In this document: piece after piece, positions 56,562 to 64,000 of the stretch
Numbering within the stretch: the first letter of the stretch is position 1
Layout of the letters: each line of letters opens with the position of its first letter
Assembly (NCBI GenBank): GCA_965207885.1
Contig: OZ242311.1
Location: 1,312,001-1,376,000, forward strand
Reading direction: 5' to 3'
Source: Candidatus Latescibacterota bacterium
Lineage (GTDB): Bacteria; Latescibacterota; UBA2968
DNA length: 64,000 nucleotides
Made by a program: the position numbers and the translations under genes
Notes under the pieces: model-generated
The model's database searches: none
What the model was told of the DNA's origin: nothing
Seen by the model: only the letters and a program-made list of their open reading frames with translations

Positions 56562-57767
56562 TTAAGATAGAATCAGTTGCGCAACAGCATCCTCATTAAG
56601 CGCAATACCCAAACCGGGTCCTTCACTCAGCGTAATATGCCCATTTTCAAGCGACAAAGGTTCTGTAAGAAGCTCGTTGCCAAAAGGCCCGCGCGCAAAA
56701 CCACTGGGACATTCAGAGATAAAGCAATTGGGAGTCGCCGCGCCGACATGCAGACCCGCCATGAGATGAACAGGAGTACTCGTACTCACATGAGACGCCC
56801 ATGAGACGCCAAAAACATCGGCTAATTGTGCGATACGCAACGTCTCAGAAATGCCCCCAGCCCGACAAACATCGGGAAGAATGAGATCGCATTCCTCGTT
56901 CAGCAACCGGTCTCGCACAACATAGCGGTTGCAGTCCGTCTCCCCAACAGCGATTCGAACAGAAGTCGATTGGGTCAGCTGCCGATACCCCTGATGGTCT
57001 TCGGGAAGCAGAGCATCTTCAAACCATTCTACATTGCCGAGATCTTCGAGCAATCGGACAAAGCGAAGAGCATCTTTAATATCGAATCCGCCGTGCGCAT
57101 CAACAAGCAACTTGCCGCGATCTCCCACAGCGCGGGACATCTCGCTGACAACGTGCATTTGTTCGTCTATCGTCCCTCGTCCACAGGACGTTTTCACCAC
57201 AGAAAAGCCTTCATCCAGAACCCTTTCAATCCCCTCGCAACGAGATTCAATAGTCTGACCCGGCGTCCCCGATGAATACACGGGAATTTGCAAGCGATAA
57301 GCACCGCCGAGCAACCGCCAGATCGGTTCATTGTAGTACTTCCCGCGTATATCCCAAAGCGCGATATCGATCCCCGCAATCGCCTCCAGCGTAAACCCCT
57401 GCGTATGAGAGCGCAGGCGCATCGTCGAAAACATGCGCTCCCACAAAACGTCGATTGAGCGCGGATCCTCCCCGATGAGCACAGGACACAACAGATCTTC
57501 AACAATCGTTTTGACAACGCGGGGCGCAGCCGGAGCGTGGGCTTCGCCAATACCCTCAATACCGTTATCTGTACGCACGCGAATAAGCGCTGTTGATCGC
57601 CCCGAAGGATAGACACAGAGATGTCGCGTATCGGCTCTGCCGGGAAAGATCTGTGTGGATTGGGGCGCGACTTGCGGAAATTTTAATCCTGCGGTATCTT
57701 CATATTGCGTCGCACCCTGCTGGCGAGCGGTGGAGAGAATATCGCAGGTAATAGCGGTAATTTTCAT
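56562..57767 (-). CDS. Mandelate racemase/muconate lactonizing enzyme family (enolase superfamily)
   Basis: GIDIALWDIRGK, VDAH, WFED, GE, PDVCRAGGISE. Confidence 0.88.
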   Translation of the reverse strand: MKITAITCDILSTARQQGATQYEDTAGLKFPQVAPQSTQIFPGRADTRHLCVYPSGRSTALIRVRTDNGIEGIGEAHAPAAPRVVKTIVEDLLCPVLIGEDPRSIDVLWERMFSTMRLRSHTQGFTLEAIAGIDIALWDIRGKYYNEPIWRLLGGAYRLQIPVYSSGTPGQTIESRCEGIERVLDEGFSVVKTSCGRGTIDEQMHVVSEMSRAVGDRGKLLVDAHGGFDIKDALRFVRLLEDLGNVEWFEDALLPEDHQGYRQLTQSTSVRIAVGETDCNRYVVRDRLLNEECDLILPDVCRAGGISETLRIAQLADVFGVSWASHVSTSTPVHLMAGLHVGAATPNCFISECPSGFARGPFGNELLTEPLSLENGHITLSEGPGLGIALNEDAVAQLILS

Positions 57768-57825
57768 TTGCGGCTCCTGGGGTGTGTTATCGTGGAATAT
57801 GTCGAAAAATAAAAATAGGACGGAA

Positions 57826-57842
57826 ATTTGCTATTAGCAAAT
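57826..57842. promoter_or_regulatory. Palindrome in divergent intergenic region
   Basis: ATTTGCTA-t-TAGCAAAT. Confidence 0.4.
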
Positions 57843-57874
57843 CTCTGTCAAAAAAATATTAACAGGAGGTAGCC

Positions 57875-59236
57875 GTGGCCGAACAATCACATTTATTAAA
57901 CGACGAGGCGATATTGCATTTCATAGCGCGTGGATATTGCGTCGTCAAAACCAGTGTTGCGCCGCATATCCACGCACAAATACTGACAGACGCAAAAAAA
58001 GCTCTGGCAGAGGGAAACCCGGGCAATGACATATTACACGCCGCACCGGGATTGCGCGAAATTTTTGACGACGAAGCAATGATCGGTGCGCTATCGAGTA
58101 TCCTCGGCGAATCGTATGTCATGCACTGCCACAGACATTGCCATCGCAATACCGCGGGTACAGAAGGCCGAAATTTTCACCAGGACGGATCAACGCGCCG
58201 ATTCGCCGGCTGGAGCCGACCCTGGCGACGTCACCATCGCCCCCGAACTGTAATGGCAATTTGTTATCCGCACCAGACGCCGATTGAAATGGGCCCCACT
58301 GGCGTGATACCCGGAACGCAATATTACAGTGCCAAACCCAAAAATGAGTTCGATTACGAATTCCCATTTGCGGTTGTCGATCCCGGCGATGTATTGCTCG
58401 TACATTTTGATTTGTTCCATCGCGTATCCAGCAACACAAGCAATCGTGATCGGTACATGATGAAATTTTTGTTCAAGCGCACAGAAGAGCCAACAGCACC
58501 GAATTGGCATGCCGCATCGGATTTCGATCCCGATTTCGACACCCTTGCCCACCGGATAAAACCCGACCATCCATCCGACGTCTTATTGCGCCATCCCCTC
58601 GTATGGGAATTTATGTGGCGCTGGATGCGCGGTGAACCCCTGCCCGAGTGGGGTGATGACGCACCCGTCTCCGTGGATGACATGATGCACAACCTGAACA
58701 GCGATGATCCAGGTATTGTGCTAAATGCGACATACGCACTGGGGAGATTGGGCAAACGCGCAGTACCCGCATTGATGGACGTATTGCTGGGACCAGATGA
58801 AGCACTTCGAGAGCAAGTACCCGCGGCACTATCAGCAGCAGGTGGCCACGCGGTAGATCCACTCGTCCAGGCATTGACACATTCGGATGACTGGGTGCGC
58901 GCAACGGCTGCGGATACCCTGGGCGACATTGGCTTACCAGCCCTCGACGCGCTACCCGCTATTCGCAACGCACTTTCAGACCGGGACGACTGGGTGCGCC
59001 ACAATGCCACGCGCGCATTGACCATCTGGAGCAAAGCTGCTGAAATCGCCCGCGATGACTTGCTCACAGCACTAAAAGACGCCGAGCCTTTTGTCGGCTT
59101 CAACGCGCTAACAGCTCTGGAACACATGGACAGCGTTGACGATATACAGGTACTGCCATTGTTAAAAACAATGCAAAACCACAAACACAGCCGACTGCGC
59201 TACCAGGTAAACGAAATGCTACAACGCGTAGCCTGA
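57875..59236 (+). CDS. PhyH-like dioxygenase fused to HEAT/PBS-lyase repeats
   Basis: FHQDG, MGPTGVIPGTQ, FDLFHR, then repeats such as VRATAADTLGDIG. Confidence 0.8.
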   Translation: MAEQSHLLNDEAILHFIARGYCVVKTSVAPHIHAQILTDAKKALAEGNPGNDILHAAPGLREIFDDEAMIGALSSILGESYVMHCHRHCHRNTAGTEGRNFHQDGSTRRFAGWSRPWRRHHRPRTVMAICYPHQTPIEMGPTGVIPGTQYYSAKPKNEFDYEFPFAVVDPGDVLLVHFDLFHRVSSNTSNRDRYMMKFLFKRTEEPTAPNWHAASDFDPDFDTLAHRIKPDHPSDVLLRHPLVWEFMWRWMRGEPLPEWGDDAPVSVDDMMHNLNSDDPGIVLNATYALGRLGKRAVPALMDVLLGPDEALREQVPAALSAAGGHAVDPLVQALTHSDDWVRATAADTLGDIGLPALDALPAIRNALSDRDDWVRHNATRALTIWSKAAEIARDDLLTALKDAEPFVGFNALTALEHMDSVDDIQVLPLLKTMQNHKHSRLRYQVNEMLQRVA

Positions 59237-59255
59237 CCGAACGTTAAGGAATACA

Positions 59256-60083
59256 ATGCCTTCCAAACGCGAACAGCTAATTCAAGATGGATTCTGTGTA
59301 TTTGAAAATGTGCTCACCCCCGAAATGGTTGAGCGGACAAACGCGGTGTCCAATCGCCTGTTAGACGCGCAAGACGCCGAGTACTTTGAAGCACAGAAAT
59401 CAACGGGAAGTTTGATCAGTATTTACAATGATGATTTTTTTGCCGAATTGGTCACATGGCCAAAGGCACTAAATGCTTTGCGAGAAATGGGCTTTGATCA
59501 CCCTACCTTTTCATCAGGCTATATAATCAGCAAACCCCCGCATAGCCCATCCCTGTTCTGGCATCAGGACTGGTGGGGATGGAATGATCCCATCAGCTAC
59601 GAACCCCTGCCACAGCAGGTATTTTTGATGTATTATCTCGTAGATACCTCGCGTGAAAATGGATGTTTAAGGTTAATCGAAGGTTCGCATTTGAACCGAC
59701 ATCCCCTGCACGACATAACTCCCGAGGCACACACCGAAGATTTGCGGCGCGTATCCGATCCGGACCATCCGGCCTATCAGTCGTATCCCGACGAGCGGGA
59801 TGTTCCCGTGCGTGCTGGCGATCTGGTCATCGGCGATTCGCGGTTATTGCACAGCGCACACGCCAATAAAACGGATCAGCGGCGGACAGTCATCACACTT
59901 TGGTACCACCCGATATACAACGAACTGCCCGACGGCATGCGCGCCCGCCTGGCGAACCGGCACCCCATACCAGATCACTGGTCTGAAGACGCCGCCCGCA
60001 AAATCGCGCCCCTAATGCCCGTTTACGAAGGCAATAGCGAAGAACTCGAATGGAATCGTGTCCCAGGCCCGGCGTTGGTGTGA
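59256..60083 (+). CDS. PhyH family dioxygenase
   Basis: WHQD, ENGCLRLIEGSH, LLHSAHAN. Confidence 0.88.
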   Translation: MPSKREQLIQDGFCVFENVLTPEMVERTNAVSNRLLDAQDAEYFEAQKSTGSLISIYNDDFFAELVTWPKALNALREMGFDHPTFSSGYIISKPPHSPSLFWHQDWWGWNDPISYEPLPQQVFLMYYLVDTSRENGCLRLIEGSHLNRHPLHDITPEAHTEDLRRVSDPDHPAYQSYPDERDVPVRAGDLVIGDSRLLHSAHANKTDQRRTVITLWYHPIYNELPDGMRARLANRHPIPDHWSEDAARKIAPLMPVYEGNSEELEWNRVPGPALV

Positions 60084-60113
60084 TGAGCTAAAACCACTAT
60101 AAAAGACAAAAAC

Positions 60114-61166
60114 ATGAAAATCGCCGCTCTCATCTCCGGTGGTGTCGATAGTTCGGTGGCTTTGAACATATTAAAAAACGAAGGCCACGATCTGACGGCA
60201 TTTTACTTAAAAGTATGGCTCGAAGACGAACTCGCTTTCTTAGGGGAGTGTCCCTGGGAAGCCGACCTGAAATTTGTCCGTGCCGTATGTGATCAACTCC
60301 ATGTACCACTGGAGGTAATCTCCTTACAGTCGGAATACCTCGAGCGCGTGGTATCTTATGCACTCGACGAATTGCACGCTGGACGCACACCCAGCCCAGA
60401 TATATTTTGCAACCAGCGGATCAAATTCGGCGCATTCTTTGACCACATAGACAGCAGCTATGAAAAAGTGGCAACCGGACACTACGCCCAAATCGCACAG
60501 AGCAACGGAACTTATCATCTAAAACGCGCACCCGACCCCATCAAAGATCAGACCTATTTCTTATCTGGCATGTATCAATCACAGGTCGCGCGGGCATTAT
60601 TTCCCATCGGAAACATGATGAAAAGCGAAGTGCGCCAACTCGCGCGAGATTTTAACCTGCCAAATCAAGCGCGAAAAGACAGCCAGGGAATATGTTTCCT
60701 GGGCAAAATCAGATATCCAGACTTTATCGCATTTCATCTGGGCGAAAAAAAAGGCGATATTATCAACAGAGAAACCGGACAAATCCTGGGACCTCATCGA
60801 GGCTACTATTATTACACAATTGGACAGCGGTATGGCTTGGGATTGAGCGGAGGACCCTGGTACGTCGTGCAAAAAGATATTGAGCGCAACATCATCTATG
60901 TATCCCACGCCACGAAGCACAAGAACACATCGCGGAACCAATTTGTCGCCACAAAACCCAATTGGATAGCAGAACCACCTGACAAAACCGCCCTGCAATT
61001 GAAACTGCGTCACGGCCCAGAATTGATCAACTGTGAAATCGAAGCAATGAATAACAACCGCTTATCCGTAACCATAGCAGAAAAAGATTCCGGCATTGCA
61101 CCCGGACAATTCGCTGTATTTTACGATGGCGACCTCTGTCTCGGCAGCGCGGTAATTGACCACTGA
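60114..61166 (+). CDS. mnmA: tRNA-specific 2-thiouridylase
   Basis: SGGVDS, PDIFCN, ATGHYA, KDQTYFL, DSQGICFLG, APGQFAVFY. Confidence 0.96.
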   Translation: MKIAALISGGVDSSVALNILKNEGHDLTAFYLKVWLEDELAFLGECPWEADLKFVRAVCDQLHVPLEVISLQSEYLERVVSYALDELHAGRTPSPDIFCNQRIKFGAFFDHIDSSYEKVATGHYAQIAQSNGTYHLKRAPDPIKDQTYFLSGMYQSQVARALFPIGNMMKSEVRQLARDFNLPNQARKDSQGICFLGKIRYPDFIAFHLGEKKGDIINRETGQILGPHRGYYYYTIGQRYGLGLSGGPWYVVQKDIERNIIYVSHATKHKNTSRNQFVATKPNWIAEPPDKTALQLKLRHGPELINCEIEAMNNNRLSVTIAEKDSGIAPGQFAVFYDGDLCLGSAVIDH

Positions 61167-61180
61167 AACGGGAGAGCACA

Positions 61181-61930
61181 ATGAGCATTGAACAGGCGCG
61201 TGCTGCCGTTGAATCCGGCGATGTACATACCCTGAAAAAACTGATAGCAAAAGATCCGCAACTGGTCAATAAAACCACATCGGACAATCCCCGCACACTT
61301 CTGCACACACTCTGCGACTATCCCGCGCACAGACCCAGAGGCCGCGAATCCGCAGAAATTTTGATACGTTCAGGCGCAAATGTAAATGCGCGGGCAAAAT
61401 TCGAGGGAAAAACCGACCCTGGCGAAACACCCCTGCATTGGGCAGCCAGCAGCGACGATGCGGAAATGATTGAAATACTTCTCGACAGCGGTGCAGAAAT
61501 CGACATCGATGGCGGGAATATTGCAAACGGCACACCGCTCTGGGAAGCCGTGATATTCGGCATGCAAAACGCAGCGATAAAACTAATCCAGCGCGGGGCA
61601 ACCTGCAACCTGATGATCGCTGCTGGCGCGGGGCAACTCGATCTCGTTGAGAAATTTTTCGATAAGGAAGGCAATATAACCGATACGGCGGGCGTCCTGC
61701 CCGGATGGTCGGAACCACGATCTGCGCGAGATTGTATCGACAGTGCCTTCGGAATGGCCTGCCGCAATGGGCACCTCGAAACCGCCAGATGGTTGCTGGA
61801 GAAAAAACCGGATATCAACCGCAAAAATCCCGTTGGCGAAACGCCTCTGGATCAAGCTGTGGACAGAAAACACACCGAAGTTGCGAACTGGTTGATGACA
61901 ATTGGCGCGAAACGATCCACGAACTTATAA
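61181..61930 (+). CDS. Ankyrin-repeat protein
   Basis: GETPLHWAAS, GTPLWEA, ACRNGH, GETPLDQA. Confidence 0.88.
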   Translation: MSIEQARAAVESGDVHTLKKLIAKDPQLVNKTTSDNPRTLLHTLCDYPAHRPRGRESAEILIRSGANVNARAKFEGKTDPGETPLHWAASSDDAEMIEILLDSGAEIDIDGGNIANGTPLWEAVIFGMQNAAIKLIQRGATCNLMIAAGAGQLDLVEKFFDKEGNITDTAGVLPGWSEPRSARDCIDSAFGMACRNGHLETARWLLEKKPDINRKNPVGETPLDQAVDRKHTEVANWLMTIGAKRSTNL

Positions 61931-61956
61931 TGCCATCGCATTGAAGGAAACCTAAC

Positions 61957-62901
61957 ATGAACAAAGTAGGACTGGTTCAGCATCCCGATTTTCAAAAACA
62001 CGACACGGGAGGCGCGCATCCCGAGCGACCCGAGCGCTTACAAACACTACATGCCCATCTGGACGCAACGGGACTGACAAAAGACCTCATAACACTCGAA
62101 CCCCGACATGTCGATACATCCTGGTTGGAAAAAGCGCACACCCCCGAACATATTGCAAACGTAAAATCTCGATGTACACAAGGCATCACGTACATGGACG
62201 ATTTTGACACCAGAATCTGTCCACTATCTTTTGACATAGCCCGACTCGCTGTTGGCGCGACATTTGAAGCCATTGACGCGGTCATGGACGTGCGTGTACA
62301 CACGGCTTTTTGTGCCGTGCGTCCCCCCGGGCACCATGCCGAACGCAATCACGCAATGGGATTCTGTCTATTTAGCAACGCGGTCATAGCCGCGCGATAT
62401 ATACAAGAAACATATTCCCTTGAACGCGTGGCAATTGTAGATTGGGACGTGCATCACGGCAATGGCACACAGCACATATTAGAAACCGACCCCTCGGTAT
62501 TCTTCTTTAGCATCCACCAATACCCCCATTATCCCGGCACGGGACGGGCCGACGAAACCGGTATTGGCGCAGGAGAAGGATTCACACTAAATGCACCCGT
62601 GCCCGCAGGCAGCGATGACGCAATGTACTTGCGCATATTCGACGACGTATTCTTGCCCGCTATGCACGCATTTAAACCGCAATTTGTCATTATCTCCGCT
62701 GGATTTGACGCGCATCGGTCCGATCCCTTATCGGCCACTCAAGTGACGGAATCCGGTTTTGCCGAAATGACAAAGCGCGTAATGACTGTCGCACGAGATC
62801 ACGCAGCAGGAAGACTAATCTCTCTCCTTGAAGGTGGATATGATCTAGGCGGCCTCGCGCGCAGCGTCGAATCTCATATAAAGGAACTAATGAATGGGTA
62901 A
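61957..62901 (+). CDS. Histone-deacetylase-family amidohydrolase
   Basis: HPERPERL, RPPGHHA, DWDVHHGNGTQ, SAGFDAH, LEGGY. Confidence 0.93.
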   Translation: MNKVGLVQHPDFQKHDTGGAHPERPERLQTLHAHLDATGLTKDLITLEPRHVDTSWLEKAHTPEHIANVKSRCTQGITYMDDFDTRICPLSFDIARLAVGATFEAIDAVMDVRVHTAFCAVRPPGHHAERNHAMGFCLFSNAVIAARYIQETYSLERVAIVDWDVHHGNGTQHILETDPSVFFFSIHQYPHYPGTGRADETGIGAGEGFTLNAPVPAGSDDAMYLRIFDDVFLPAMHAFKPQFVIISAGFDAHRSDPLSATQVTESGFAEMTKRVMTVARDHAAGRLISLLEGGYDLGGLARSVESHIKELMNG

Positions 62902-63781
62902 TACGAAAAAAATTGTAGCATTTCAAGGTGAACGCGGTGCATTCAGTGAAATGGCCGCGCGCTCGTACTTTGGCAAAGATGTCGAAGTCGTACCACAACG
63001 CAATTTTGCCGCCCTCTTCGCAGCTATCGAACACGAAGAATGTACGCACGGCATGGTACCCATTGAAAATTCATTAATGGGCAGCATCCACGAAAATTAC
63101 GACCACCTGTCAGCGCACCATTTACAGATCGTCGGCGAACTAAAATTGCGCATTGTACACAACTTGATTGTAAATCCAGGCGTGAAATTAAAAGACATCC
63201 GCTATATCTATTCGCAAGCACCTGCCCTGGCTCAGTGTACACAATTCACTGCATCTCTATCGCAGGCCGAAACAGTTATGACCTCCGATACCGCAGGAGC
63301 CGTAAAAGCTTTGAAAACATCGGGCGCACGCGATGCGGCTGCAATAGCGAGTGCCCAGGCAGCCTGGGATTACGATCTGGAAATTTTGCAGGCGGGCATT
63401 GAAGACGACCATCAAAACTACACGCGATTTTTAGTCGTCACATCCGAAGCGCTATCACCTGAAAATCCAGACATCCAGATGCCCGCAAAAACATCGATCG
63501 TATTCGCCATGAAAAATGTGCCCGGCGCATTATTTAAAAGTCTGAGCGTATTTGCATTGCGCGACCTCAACCTGCTCAAAATTGAATCTCGCCCCCTTGC
63601 GGGCAAACCCTGGGAATACGCCTTCTCACTCGACTTTGAGGGCCATATCCGTCAAGAACCCTGTGCCCGCGCCATTGAACACCTGCGCGAAATCGCCACC
63701 TTTGTAAAAATCCTCGGTTCTTATCGACAAGGGGACATGGTCGAAGGCAAAGTTTGGAAAGACGAAAAACGTAAAACGTGA
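62894..63781 (+). CDS. pheA: Prephenate dehydratase with ACT domain
   Basis: FQGERGAFSE, PIENSLMG, NYTRF, KIESRP. Confidence 0.9.
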   Translation: MGNTKKIVAFQGERGAFSEMAARSYFGKDVEVVPQRNFAALFAAIEHEECTHGMVPIENSLMGSIHENYDHLSAHHLQIVGELKLRIVHNLIVNPGVKLKDIRYIYSQAPALAQCTQFTASLSQAETVMTSDTAGAVKALKTSGARDAAAIASAQAAWDYDLEILQAGIEDDHQNYTRFLVVTSEALSPENPDIQMPAKTSIVFAMKNVPGALFKSLSVFALRDLNLLKIESRPLAGKPWEYAFSLDFEGHIRQEPCARAIEHLREIATFVKILGSYRQGDMVEGKVWKDEKRKT

Positions 63782-63812
63782 AAGCCCTCTCACCTTCTTT
63801 TAAGGATTCTAC

Positions 63813-64000
63813 ATGGCAAGCCAAAGATACGAAAATCTGTATGCACAAATAGAAACCGCACTGCGAGAAAAACCAAAACGCACACAGCTTTACAACGCAG
63901 TCAAACGGGCGCGAGATGCACGGCGCACGGCAATTGATATCTTGCCACAAGGAGAGGCATTTCGCAAAGAAGTCCGCGACATCAAAGTGCGGTGTCTGCA
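63813..64000 (+). CDS. Partial CDS, possibly LutB/LUD-domain N-terminus
   Basis: Open to the window end: MASQRYENLYAQIETALREK...EAFRKEVRDIKVRCL. Confidence 0.45.
   Translation, partial: MASQRYENLYAQIETALREKPKRTQLYNAVKRARDARRTAIDILPQGEAFRKEVRDIKVRCL

Noticed and set aside
1-64000. CRISPR arrays, tRNA/rRNA, prophage, integron attC arrays, riboswitches
   Set aside because: I saw no regularly spaced repeats, RNA-gene signatures or phage/integrase genes by eye. A covariance-model search would be needed to exclude small RNAs.

Overview
This is 64 kb of a bacterial chromosome. It probably comes from an FCB-superphylum diderm (Latescibacterota/Gemmatimonadota-like). That is inference from PorV and T9SS-type sorting signals, dockerin-like modules, ankyrin proteins, PhyH dioxygenases and sulfatases, which also suggest a host- or sponge-associated lifestyle. 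From left to right the window holds: (1) an envelope module with the PorV-like 3' end, a dockerin-bearing sugar dehydrogenase, an M6-like T9SS cargo protein that has lost its zinc ligands, a peptidase-PD40-Omp85-like protein, two paralogous secreted proteins and a dockerin-bearing metallopeptidase; (2) D-aminoacylase, a PIMT-like methyltransferase, an ankyrin protein, a DUF433/DUF5615 toxin-antitoxin pair and an orphan ABC ATPase with a sigma54 promoter; (3) a minus-strand operon of FAR, an unusual acyltransferase, a strongly eukaryote-like alkyl-DHAP synthase, a DHRS7-like SDR and a GH3 hydrolase, followed by a lipid kinase; (4) divergently, ndk-yceD-rpmF-fabH-fabD-fabG-acpP-fabF-rnc without plsX, a lipoyl transferase, an uncharacterised GlmL-like ATPase/DUF6754 membrane cluster, orphan OppD/OppF and a second peptidase-PD40-Omp85-like gene; (5) catabolic genes, purT, mnmA, an HDAC-family protein and pheA. 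The operon in (3) mirrors the four-step peroxisomal ether-lipid pathway and is the best candidate for an undescribed system. Two apparently identical 1,198-bp IS4-family elements each have their own target-site duplication and each sit just upstream of a terminator hairpin. No rRNA, tRNA or CRISPR array was seen. All product calls come from motif recognition by eye, not database searches.
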